From assembly GCA_002269645.1 (NCBI GenBank), contig NIVC01001250.1:1-47361 (forward strand): a DNA stretch of 47,361 bases. The letters run 5' to 3'. The DNA is from Macrostomum lignano. Its lineage: Eukaryota. The stretch's first letter is position 1. Every line of letters begins with the position of its first letter. The translations under genes and the position numbers were made by a program. A model generated the notes under the pieces. It searched no databases and had not been told where the DNA came from. It saw only the letters and a program-made list of their open reading frames with translations. Shown here in pieces: positions 34,063 through 45,174 of the stretch.

Positions 34063-35398
34063 CTAAAGCTAATAAACAATAATAAAAAGTATAGCTAGAC
34101 TAGCTTATGTATTTAGAGCTTAAAAATAAAAAGTAAATTTTGCTTAGAAACAATATTGCAGCCAAATGCAAATAAAATACTAAGGAGGGGTTCTTTGATT
34201 GGAGTTCCAATTTATTAAATAACACACTTGCCTGTAAAGGCAAAGCTCGAGGTGTACCACGTTAGCTGACTTAGTTAGTGTGAAAGCTCTGCAAAAGCAA
34301 AAAGTGGGGCAATCATAATTTTTTCAAAAATTTAAACAAAATTTGATTCAAGTACACACAAATCTAGTGAAATCATACAGTTCTGTGACTTTTGATTTTA
34401 TAAATAATTTTTTATTTTGAATATATATTTTCTTGATGTCTTTGCTAATTATTAACTATTTGCGTTTTTTATTTGTATGTAAAACCGCATAATTAACACT
34501 AAATAGAAAAAAAATATTTTTCATCAAAAACTATTTTATACTCATGACACAAAAAAATCAATCCAAGACTTGTAGATACAAATTGTGTCCCCTCAATTCA
34601 TTTTAAATTCGAAAACCTATAAGGACAATGGGCGTTGAAAGAACTTAAAAAGATCTGATAAGAAACCCCAATTAAGAACTTTTATTTTATACTGAGTAGC
34701 AAAAGTTAGCTAGCTGGTATTTTATTAAATAAAACACTTGTTGAATCAATCACAAGTATTTTTCTACAATATTTTTGCCCCATAAGCAGCTGATTTTGTT
34801 CTTGACTCTTCTGATCAGAACATGTAAAATCTAATAAGAAATCGCAATTGCCGTCAGATCTTACCAGACGAAAAGTAAGATTGTCAACTAGGGATGATAA
34901 AGCCCTACAAACCCCATTGTATATATCCAAGACTGGTCTAACTGCCTTTAGTTATAGACTTTACAAGCCAAATCAGAAACCCAAGTTCCAAGAAAAAAAC
35001 AGTATATCTATTTAACTTTGTTGAGTTTTTTACTGTCCAACAGCCTCAGGTAACACAATTTTTCACTTCTTCTTGCCTAATGCCATTCAATTATAATGAC
35101 TTTATAGCATGTAATGTCCCTCTAGTTCAGGCGACAAAAAGTTATACTTTGCAAATTATATCCGGTTCTAGAACCAGAAAAAGTAATATGAAAAGGCCCA
35201 TTGTGTATAAGGACTTTTGAAACACAACTGGACAAATAACCCGCAGCTGATTCAACCCAAACCTTGCAAATGTTCGGCCGGCCCAACAGCCACAGCATGT
35301 CCGGCCAGTCAAGCCCCTCCAACTCGAACTCGGCCTGGCCAGATGGCCGACCAGACACTATTTTCTTCGAGAGTGCGCCTGGCCCAGCTCCTGTTTCT

Positions 35399-35590
35399 AT
35401 GGCAACATATGAGCAAACGGGCGATCTCACAGAAGGCTCCGGTCACCAGAGGCCTCTGATGGCGCTGTGCATCATTCCGGAGCTGCAGTCGCGCCGGCGT
35501 GAAGACTATGTCCGGCGAGCCAAACGATTCGCCAAGGAGCAAAGTGTCAAGTTCATCATGCACCAGATGCAGGAGAAGCACCACCGCGCG
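35399..35590 (+). CDS. PUF60: PUF60/half-pint splicing factor, coding exon 1 (model join 35399-35590, 35991-36234, 36633-36951, 37392-38127; ~496 aa)
   Basis: VRRAKRFAKEQSVK resembles the PUF60 RAKKYAMEQSIK motif. Donor GCG|GTGGGT, phase 0. The start is uncertain because an in-frame ATG also exists at 35264. Confidence 0.75.
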
Positions 35591-35990
35591 GTGGGTAGAG
35601 TGTTTGCTTCATTACTGCATTCAATTCATGAGTGAAATTTGATTAAAAAGCCGTTTAAAATTAGGATTTGTTAGTTTGTACTATTCAAGTGCTGTGGAAA
35701 ATGCATTCTGTGACATCGTCCCACAGCCGGTGGGAAGGCAATTGTGGCAGACACACTAGCGCGGGTATACATGCGCACATTCACAGGTGTCTGAATTATT
35801 CAAAGTCAGGCCATATACACTTTTACAATTTAGGGTGTCCGGGTTCGGTCCTCGTGTTGTACGAGAAAACCCCATGCTGTGACTGAGTATTGCTACCCCA
35901 GATAGATATGACCACACCTGAATTCTATCCCGCTTTGTCACAATCGTCATTGATCAATAATTATTGAATGAGCAACACTTCCCCTTGCAG

Positions 35991-36234
35991 CAAGTTCAGC
36001 AAGTGAAGCGAGCTCAGGCTCTGTTGCTGCTCAGCAGAATTTACGTGGGCAGCATTGCCGCTGACGTCACAGAGGAGATGCTGACTGCCGCCTTCCAAAC
36101 CTACGGCACAGTAAAGGCCTGCAACATGGGTTTCGACAACGCCACCCGCAAACACAAAGGCTATGCATTTGTTGAGTTCGAGCTGGCCGAGGCAGCCACA
36201 CTGGCCATTGACGGCATGAATGGATATACCATTG
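35991..36234 (+). CDS. PUF60: PUF60 exon 2 (RRM1)
   Basis: Acceptor ccccttgcag|CAA. Translates to RAQALLLLSRIYVGSI...F..YG.VK..NMGFDNATRKHKGYAFVEFELAEAATLAIDGMNG, typical of PUF60 RRM1. Donor ATTG|GTGAGG. Confidence 0.95.
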
Positions 36235-36568
36235 GTGAGGAGTCGGAGTGCACTGTGTCATGAGTTTATTTGGTGAGGAGTCAGAGTGCACTGTGTCATG
36301 AGTTTATTTGGTGAGGAGTCGGAGTGCACTGTGTCATGAGTTTATTTGGTGAGGAGTCAGAGTGCACTGTGTCATGAGTTTATTTGGTGAGGAGTCGGAG
36401 TGCACTGTGTCATGAGTTTATTTGGTGAGGAGTCGGAGTGCACTGTGTCATGAGTTTATTTGGTGAGGAGTCAGAGTGCACTGTGTCATGAGTTTATTTG
36501 GTGAGGAGTCGGAGTGCACTGTGTCATGAGTTTATTTGGTGAGGAGTCAGAGTGCACTGTGTCATGAG
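36228..36568 (+). repeat. 38-bp tandem array (9 copies), each containing the TTG|GTGAGG 5' splice site
   Basis: GT positions at 36235, 36273, 36311, 36349, 36387, 36425, 36463, 36501 and 36539. Confidence 0.97.
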
Positions 36569-36632
36569 TGCATACACTGTTGATGTTAAATTAAATCCAA
36601 TTTTACCTGTTCCTTCGGTACTCATCCCGCAG

Positions 36633-36951
36633 GAGGTCGCAACCTAAAAGTGAGTCGGCCATCAAACATTTCGAATCCAAACCCGGTGATTGACGAGCTA
36701 GTGCGCGAGGGGTCGCTGTACAGCCGCGTTTACGTGGCCAACGTGCACCCGCAACTCACCGAGTTCGAGCTGCGCTCCGTGTTTGAGGCTTTCGGCTCGC
36801 TGGTGAGCTGCAAGCTGGAGCCCGACCCCACCGTGCCCGGCGTTCACTGCGGCTTCGGCTTCATAGAGTATTCCACCCCGGAGTCTGCGATCGAGGCCAT
36901 CAGTGCGATGCATGGATTTGACCTTGGCGGGCAGCTGCTCAAGGTTGGCAG
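36633..36951 (+). CDS. PUF60: PUF60 exon 3 (RRM2)
   Basis: Acceptor catcccgcag|GA. Translates to GRNLKVSRPSNI...SRVYVANVHPQLTEFELRSVFEAFG...GFGFIEY...MHGFDLGGQLLKVG. Donor AG|GTCAGT. Confidence 0.95.
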
Positions 36952-37391
36952 GTCAGTCTGAGACTTGCCGGTTCGATGCTTCGATATTCCGCATTTCATT
37001 CTTATCCATTATATCTACCTGTATGTGCATAAGCATTTCAATTGGAAGAGTCGTGGGGAAATGGCTAACTACCCAGCTCTGTTCTACTCTAGAATAGGGG
37101 AAACTGTAGTAGAATATATGGCATTGTTGGCAATTGTGAAATACCGCTTAGTTCACAAGTAAGCTGCAAAATTTGCTCAAAAATTCCTAAAATTCGAGCG
37201 TAAAGCCAGCCTTCCAAACCTTCCTTGAGTTCCTTCCTTTCAGCCAGCCTAAAATCGATGCAAAAGCTTGTTTATTCCATATCCAATTTAAAGTCGGTGT
37301 CATTTAGCGCAATTTATGTTTTGGTGCTGAAAGAAAACTTGTGCTGCAGCTTAGTCGACTATTTAATTAAACCACCTACTCGATCCACCAG

Positions 37392-38127
37392 GGCCATCAC
37401 TCCGCCCGTTGTGCCGGTTTCCGCCCCTCCATCCGCCCTGCCCGCGGCGGCTGCCGTTGCAGCTGCCAACATCACTGCCCAGCTCATGGCACAGCGGGCT
37501 GTGGGTCCGGCAGAGCTCAGTTCATCTGCACCTTCGGCCCCCCAGCAACAGCAACAACAGCAGCAGCAACAGCAGCAGACCCAGAATCAGCAGCCGCAGG
37601 TATCGCAGCAGCAATCGGAACAGCCGCAGGTGTCGCAGGCAGCTGCAGCTCTGGCGCCTCCTCCGCCTGTCGCAGCTGCAATGGCGGCTGCGGCAGCGGC
37701 GGGGATGACTGAGAGGCAGCAGCAGCAGCTAATGGAGGATGATGCGATGCTGGGCCAACAACCGGAGAGCGTTGAGCACGAGAACGACTTCATCAGGGGC
37801 CAGGAGGCTAGGCGGCTGGTGATGCGGAAGCTGATGATGCGGGCCGCACCACCCAGGGTGCTCCTGCTGCGCAACATGGTCACGCCGCAGGATTTGGACG
37901 AAGACCTGGAGTCCGAAGTGTCCGCCGAGTGCGCCAAGTTTGGCAGCGTCCAGCGGGTGGTCATCCTTGAGCAGGCGGACTCCGTGCGGGTGTTCGTTGA
38001 GTTCGAGGACTCGGCTGGGGCTGAGGCTGCCTGCCGTGCCATGGCTGGTCGCTTCTTCGGCGGCAGGGAGGTTCGGGCAGATCTGTACGAGCAGGAGCTG
38101 TGGGAAGCCGGTGACCTCACCCAGTGA
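37392..38127 (+). CDS. PUF60: PUF60 last exon (Ala/Pro/Gln-rich linker plus UHM domain)
   Basis: Acceptor atccaccag|G gives VGRAITPP. AAAVAAANITAQL, SVEHENDFIRGQEARRLVMRKL and RVLLLRNMV..DLDEDLESEVSAECAKFGSV...GRFFGGREV are PUF60 hallmarks. AATAAA at 38418-38423. Confidence 0.95.
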
Positions 38128-39024
38128 CTGACATGCCTTTCTCCCTGTTCATTAACTGCATCTTTGTGTGCTCTGATTGGTTTAATTTTCACCTGACTTG
38201 CTGTCCGACATTCTGTCATTCGAAGCCACCAAGACAGAAACAGTCAACGGCCAGAGCGGGTTTGTTAACTGGTATGAAATGTAGCAATCTTAAGCCCGCG
38301 GTTTCTTAGTCTGGTTGTGTATCTGAGTACAGTTAATGGACTGGGCTGCTGCTCACTGTGGCAGCGAATCTGTACAGTGTTTTTAATCTTGTGTTACTAT
38401 TGCAGCCCGAAGGCAAAAATAAAAGTGCATTGCGTTTTCTAAATTGTGTTGCTCTGATTGCACTGCGCTAAGGCAGCGTCTTAATCCGGATTCATATCCG
38501 TGCTTTCTTCCTGTAAACTCATTTCAGCTAGATTAGTGAGTCCAGGAATCTATTCTGGCTGGTTTGAGCACAATTGTCTCATAACAGCTCTCTGGGTGCT
38601 CCAAAGGAACCGAGATTTCTTGGAGTTTGTTACGAATTGTGACTGCGTCTAATAGTTTTCTGAATCCTTCCTAAGAATAAAGAATATCATTGTGATGATG
38701 CATGTAGGTTTTAACGCTGTGGGTAAAATTGTAGCGACGTCACTCGACAATCCCCTCACAATTATTGTATTCCACGTCAGTACGAGCGTAGTTTATCTCG
38801 GTTGTTTGGTTTGCCGCGTACTTGCCTGCAATGACTTGCTTCCGTTTGGAGTAAGCAACACTGTTGTACATGTCCGTACTTGTACGATGAGCTTACGATG
38901 TCTTACTTATTTCGTGCTGGCAAGTTCAGGCAAAGGTAAAGACCGTCTTCCTTTTGTAAAGGTACTCGAGACTTTGGACACTTCGCTGGAACAGCAAATC
39001 GACGTGGCGCACGCTGGCCTGCAG

Positions 39025-41451
39025 GGGTCCATGAGAAATGCCCGCAGACGAATTGCCCGCCGAGCTTTTCCCGCCGAGATTTGCCCGCAGTGCATTTTGC
39101 CCGTGTGATGAGGACGCACTTTTTTCCAAACCCCGCGCTAGCACATGGGCTCTAAACTTACTAGCCTACTAACAGTGGGCAATGGGCATTTTTATTTTTT
39201 TTCTGCGAATAGTCATAGAATCTATACTAGATATAATGTCTGGTCATACTAGTAGTCATAATAACATAGGCATTGCTTTTTGGATCATAAATCATCGCTT
39301 TCGAAGCTGGTCTGACAGCCACCTGCGCCTCACTCAGTGTTGAGGCGGGCGCCAGATGGTCTGAGAGGATGCGGGCGGTAGCTTTTTTCTCATCATTTTG
39401 ACAGGCCATCAAGATTTATGAGGTCAGAGCCTATTGTTCGGATTCACTCAAGCGTGTGACAGCTTTGACAGCTATGCGTTTTACCCCTAAAAGTACTTTG
39501 GGATTAGCGATTAGCAATTTCTCTTCATTATCTTCACTTTCTATTTAATAAGAGCTTTCTAATGTATATTTTTTCATTAATTTCTGTCAATCCTACGCGA
39601 AAAGTCATAAATCATTTTGTTGCGATTTTGAGTGATTTATGGCCGCACCTGTCATCTTTTTACGACCCTGTGAGAACTGATAGGATCTCTCGGTCACGTG
39701 ATTCTGGGTAGCAACAAGCTTAGCCAATCAGAAAATTCGGCGCTCATTTTAACAAAACGGCTCACATTATAACAAACTGCGGTCCAGTTGGCGGCTATTT
39801 AAACCGGAGTTTTTGGCCCGCTCGGACTAGACTCCAACCTGCTCGGGCCCAGCACGCAACTTCTGGTTCCCGGAGCGCGACCGTCGTTTCTTGATGCCCG
39901 GATTGCGACTTCCCCCCATCATCATCAAGGACGAATCCCCCGGTCGTCAGCAGCGAACATCAAGCGAAGATCATCACCTGCTAGCTATCAGCGAAGATTG
40001 TGTCAGCATCATCCCGAGTCTACAGCTACAGAGCATCGAGCCGATTCGGTCACTGTGGATTACCTGGTCTCCGGCTGTTGAGTTTCTGATTGGTTGGGTG
40101 AGAGGCTACCTAGACTTGCTTGATTGGGTGATCCCTATCTGTCCCCTGTTTCAGTAGCTGGATTAGGCGCACACTTTTGCTCATTTTGTTCAGTAGTGCT
40201 GTTACTGAGGCAGAAATCACTTAATAATACTGCTAGTAGTCTGAAACTCCAATTCAATCTGAGGTGTGAAGTGATCTAAGGAGGAGGTTAAATCTGACAG
40301 TTATTTTTATCGGTTTTATTTCTTTGTTCGCCGATGGCTCAGATGAGTAGCTAAGCTAGTAGGCGCCGGTCACAGTGGACCAATGGCAAAGCGGTTCTCA
40401 GTCGATCAATCAATCAAATCAGTGAGCAAAACTGCCAGAAGTGCAGAATCGGCGCCAGAGATGTACTTTGTGCACTCTAGGTTAGCCAAGCGGCTCGGGT
40501 AATGAATCATGCGAGGTCTCTGAAGTTCGAGTTAGTCTATCATCAGCGCTATGAGAGGCTAGTTGGCGCGTTGAAGGCCAAAAGTACATATCTTCGTATT
40601 TAGCAATGTAATAGTACATGTAGCTACCCCATAGACTCGCCACTGCAAGAATCCCCTGCACAAGTCCCCTCTGTACCTGCATGGCCAATGCGATCTAGTC
40701 CCAGCAGTGTCCCTTATCATCGGCTATGACTTCGAGATTGACAGCAAAAAGACACTAGTTGGCAGGTAAGTGCAAAGCCCCTTCTAGTCGGAAGCCCGAT
40801 TTCGAGAGTCCCGGTGTGGTGAGCCAGGACGTACGGGCTGGTGGCAGCGAGTTAGCTTAGTCTGCGGATTAGCTAATTTCTACCTTCAAAATTCTCCCTG
40901 CTTGTCTCTCGCTGTCCCTCTCTTAGCTATAGGACCTAGACTGCTCGCCACACGATCAAGCTACCATGGGGCTGACCATCTGACAGGAGTGGGGGGCCAG
41001 GACTCTAATTGATTTATTTCTGAGGCCTGAGGCCCGAAGGCTTCCTCACAAGGGGCCTGAAAGGTCGAAACCCATCACGTGAGTGAATTTTCCCGTGGAG
41101 ATTTGCCCGCAGTGCAATTTGCCCGCGAGCGAGTTGCCCGCCGAGTTTTTTCCCGTCGAGGTTTGCCCGCAGTGCTTTTTTACTGCAGCGCATTTAGCCA
41201 CGCGGCAGATTTTGTCTGCATTGCGTTCCCAATGCTTAGTACATGTAAATCTTAATAAATAGATTTACACGATAAAAACGTTTTAATAGTAACTGCATAT
41301 TAACTGCATATTTTTTTGGGGGGGGGGGGGCAGGGAAAAAACTCCGCGGGCAACTCGCTCGCGGGTAATTTACTCGGCGGGAAAATACTCGGCAAGTACT
41401 CGGCAGGTAAATCTCGGTGGGAAAAGCTCGGCGGGCATCTCTCGTGCTCCC
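39025..41451. mobile_element. Mutator (MULE)-type MITE (~450 bp), split by a solo LTR
   Basis: Perfect 9-bp TSD ggcctgcag (39016-39024, 41452-41460). Termini gggtccatgagaaatgcccgc and (reverse complement) gggagcacgagagatgcccgc. Many ~15-bp ttgcccgc subterminal repeats in opposing orientation. Confidence 0.85.
39106..41077 (+). mobile_element. Solo LTR (~1972 bp), probably Gypsy-type
   Basis: Begins TGATG and ends CATCA, with 4-bp TSD cgtg (39102-39105, 41078-41081) that interrupts the MULE subterminal repeats. CCAAT at 39724-39728 and TATTTAAA at 39796-39803 suggest + orientation. No gag/pol ORF. Confidence 0.75.
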
Positions 41452-42478
41452 GGCCTGCAGCGCGTTCGAGATCGCGGGCACTACTATTTATCACCACGGC
41501 GTGGCCGTCTTAGTGACCTGATGCGCCAACTCCAGTGACCGGCCATTTATTTCGCGTCGAGTGTCGGATTGTACCTGCTGTGATCGGGTTTGGGGCTCAC
41601 GTAGTGAGAAAAGTCACGCGCATCGAACCCTCCAAATTGTCTGTCTGCCTTCCCCAACCTGTGTACAGTTCTAACAGTACCCAACTTCGGTACATGTGCT
41701 GCTGACGCTGTTCATTCACGGATGCACTACAACGATCGAGAAACGGCGTTTCGTCAAATACCAAATCTTTTCTCCCTCAGCTTCAATTTCTCTTAATCTT
41801 TCAGTTAATGTAAGTACGACTCAAATAGAAAGACAGGAAACCTCGTTTCTTGGAAATTTTTGGGAGGCAGGATTTTTTGAAAAGTACACTACGGAGATAG
41901 GAATTCGAAGTTTTCATTTCTTCAGCACAAAAAATGTAATTGCTTTCAATAGGAGGCAGGCCCAATGTTCATATTTTGATATTCATTGATATTCAATGTT
42001 CATATTTTCATTTTTTGTATAATAATCATAGCTGCTACAGTGGTATTATTGTGGGTATTAATCCAGTACACGTCGTGCACTGGTTAAAAGACGCAGTCCG
42101 TGTCAGTATTTATGGAGACCAGTGCAGGCTGGAAATGAGCATGAGCATAATATAGCACTGCTGGAGCCAACCTCATCAGTAATTGTCTGCTTTGCAGGAG
42201 GGGTGATGGTATGATTTAAGCTTTATGGGTGAGGCCGCTGCTCTTCCAACCTTTTGTTGCTGTTCCGGTCTGGGTGTAGATGCGAGGGTATAATAATAAG
42301 TGTGAGCTGCGCAGCGGGGTTGGCAAACCACCGCACACCCATGCACCTCAATTGTGTGGCAGTTGAGCTAGCAAGAGTGGCTAAATAAGACGGGTTAGTG
42401 CACAGAAGATTTATTCAGATTATTCCGAGCGGCCTCAGAGACCTACAGACGCATAGCAAGCTAAAGTGCTGCAGTGCA

Positions 42479-43279
42479 ATGCACACCGAGAAGGACTCGG
42501 TGCGGCAGCTCGTGAAACGGCGGCAGCTGAACTGCCTTCACCTGCGCGAGCTGAATTCAGCCTGCAACGAGCTACAGCTGCTACAGTTCCGCAGGGAGGC
42601 CACCACCAGCTTCGCCGATCTCCGCGGCGTTTTGTGCCCCCTTTTCGAGGACACCAGGCCGCCTCAGCCGCCACCACCACCGCCACCGAAGCCTAAGCGA
42701 CGGCATCTCCATCCGAGTCCATTTCTGCAGCCGCCGGCGTCAGCGGAGATAGCTGCGGCAGCAATGATGAGACAGCAGCGGCTGCCAGCGCTTCAGCGAC
42801 TTGCACCAGGCAAAGACATTGCCGGTTGCGACTGTCTTGGTGAGACAGAGAAGAAACTGATAGAGCTACACGAAGCAAGCAATGAGGCCGCCGCAGCATC
42901 AGTCACAGTGCGTTCGCGTCACAGCCGGCGCCTCCGCCGTGGCGTTGACGGAAGCAGCTTCAGCGAAGCGGTCTGGAGATGGCGGTCACAGCTTCCGGAC
43001 TTCTCCATCGGCCTAATGAAACCCGGTGGGGAATCGTCCACTGTAGCTGGCTGCGGTAAAACGGCTGCGGTGGCCGGGTTGGGACTTCGGTTCTCCCCGC
43101 CGGGCTGCCCGACCCCTGCAGATCCGGTAGAACGCTCTGGGGCTACGGCTTTGCGACAGAGGCAGCGTGGGCGGCTAACAAATCAGACACAACCTGCTTG
43201 GGACCCTCATCCTGTGACCAGCGGTCTCAGAAGACTCCGAACATTTCACGGCCTGTCGACATGCAACTCTGCAGAATAA
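42479..43279 (+). CDS. Hypothetical protein (~266 aa from ATG 42479): N-terminal amphipathic/coiled-coil-like segment, poly-Pro, low-complexity C-terminus
   Basis: GC-rich open frame of ~880 nt with codon style like the other host genes (ctg/cag/gcc). Possible acceptor gctgcag just before the ATG. No recognisable domain. Confidence 0.5.
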   Translation: MHTEKDSVRQLVKRRQLNCLHLRELNSACNELQLLQFRREATTSFADLRGVLCPLFEDTRPPQPPPPPPPKPKRRHLHPSPFLQPPASAEIAAAAMMRQQRLPALQRLAPGKDIAGCDCLGETEKKLIELHEASNEAAAASVTVRSRHSRRLRRGVDGSSFSEAVWRWRSQLPDFSIGLMKPGGESSTVAGCGKTAAVAGLGLRFSPPGCPTPADPVERSGATALRQRQRGRLTNQTQPAWDPHPVTSGLRRLRTFHGLSTCNSAE

Positions 43280-43931
43280 CTAGCTGTTTCGAGATATTGT
43301 GTATTTGTGCGTCAGTCTGTCTTCGAAACATTTACGCACTGAACGATCGAGTAATTAAAGCAGCTTATGAATTTCATCAGATTTCTTTTTATTATTAGGG
43401 CCTCCAGCATCTCAAATTGTACATGTACATGTAAATCTATAGCTTAGCTAAAAATGCTACCCAACCTCTTTTGCCATGTGAATAGTTCACACAGTGTAGA
43501 TGTAATAGATGAAACAGCCCACAAATTTGTCTCGCAAGATTAAACTAAAACAGCTTTAATTTTTTAAGTCGTACAACGTGTACACATGTACATGTTCACG
43601 TCCATTTCAAACTGGAGTCTGGAGATCTACATGTGTATATACATGTAACTCGAAGCTGAAGCTAAAAATGCACAGAAATTTCTTTTGTTTTTTTCATTTT
43701 CACTTCATCCCCAAACTATTTTTCTTTTTTTATATAGAAAGCAACAGATATCGTCCGTTTATCTGAAGATCAATAGCAACGAGATATGGCTGAAAAGCGC
43801 AGAAGTATAGAAAATAGTTACTATTCTTTATGCTATAATCCGATTAGCTTAGTTTCAGATAGATGGTTAGCTGTTAGTGGCTTTTAAATTTTGTTTATCT
43901 TTTCAACGACTTTAAAGTTATTGTTGTTGTT

Positions 43932-44314
43932 AGGGCTCGATCCTTAAAACACGTGTACCGTCCCGCAGCGGTAAACAAATTGGACTATAACTGAAGACAT
44001 TTCAGAATACGTTGTCTGTTAAGTTTTAAGTTTTTATTAATTTTTTTCACTTCAAAGTAAAGTTTTTTACTTCAAAACATAAAATTCTGTGAATAATAAG
44101 TTTTTAGTAATAATAATAATAAAATAATGATAATATAATTTTCATCAAGAAAACGAGAATAAGAAAAAAAAGAATATTTAATATAACAATTTAAGGTATT
44201 TATTCCGTTAATCTTATAAGAAATAGTTTTTTCTGTAATCAAATACTGCATTGACAAAAATGTTATAATGTGTAGCGCTGCGGGGTGGTGCGATACGTGT
44301 TTTAGGGAGACCCT
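43932..44314. mobile_element. MITE with ~40-bp imperfect TIRs
   Basis: agggctcgatccttaaaacacgtgtaccgtcccgcagcg versus the reverse complement of the right end, agggtctccctaaaacacgtatcgcaccaccccgcagcg. gtt lies on both flanks. A homologue is at 23810. Confidence 0.75.
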
Positions 44315-45174
44315 GTTGCGTGCGTGGACTGTCATTTAACTTCTTAAGAGTCCAAATTGAAGTAGCTACAACGCAAGTTTATTCAGGAATTTAAAAGTAA
44401 TTTGTGACATATTTGCCCTAAGTCCAAGAGCGGTTGCAGCCGCAACATCGGAGGATGTATAGTCTGTATTATAGATTAGCATGGAAGTTATCTTTTATTG
44501 GTTTAGGCCTAATATCATTTGTATATGCAAAATCATCAACACACATATCATTGATGAATGACATCAAAGAGAGGAATGTACTAGTTACTTATTATTCTGC
44601 TAAGTAAGTAATTATATTGCAAAAATATACATTTAAAAGTCAATAAAAGAATTTCACAAATTAATTATTAATATAGCCCCCCTAGACATAGTTTATACTT
44701 TATAGGAAAAATATACTAATAGATTGCACTACTTACACAACATTTTTTTATCTAAGGTTTATATTGAATAATTTTCTATTCAAATATAATCACAATATAC
44801 TAAATCTCTAAGATCTGTTTGTCTGATTAGTATTCCAGTCCACAGCCTGAATGCCTAAACCGATTTTTTTCAAACTTGCTTTATTCAACTCAAAATTCTT
44901 GTGAGATTGTGTGGGTTAATTGCATTGAAAAATTTGAATAGAAGTTGGTTAAATATTAAAAAACTGTATTTTCCCTATCTAATTAGTGTATTTCTCTCGC
45001 AGTGAGAGCTCAATATGTCTATGGCCATAGACTAAACTCCAATTTCTTTTAGCTTGGATACTAGGAGCTATAAATAATTAAATATTCAACATCTTTAATA
45101 TATGAAAGGGAGATGCTCAGTTTCTGTGTTCTGACCCTGGTTGATTGGCAAACTGCATAGAGAATTGCTATTTT

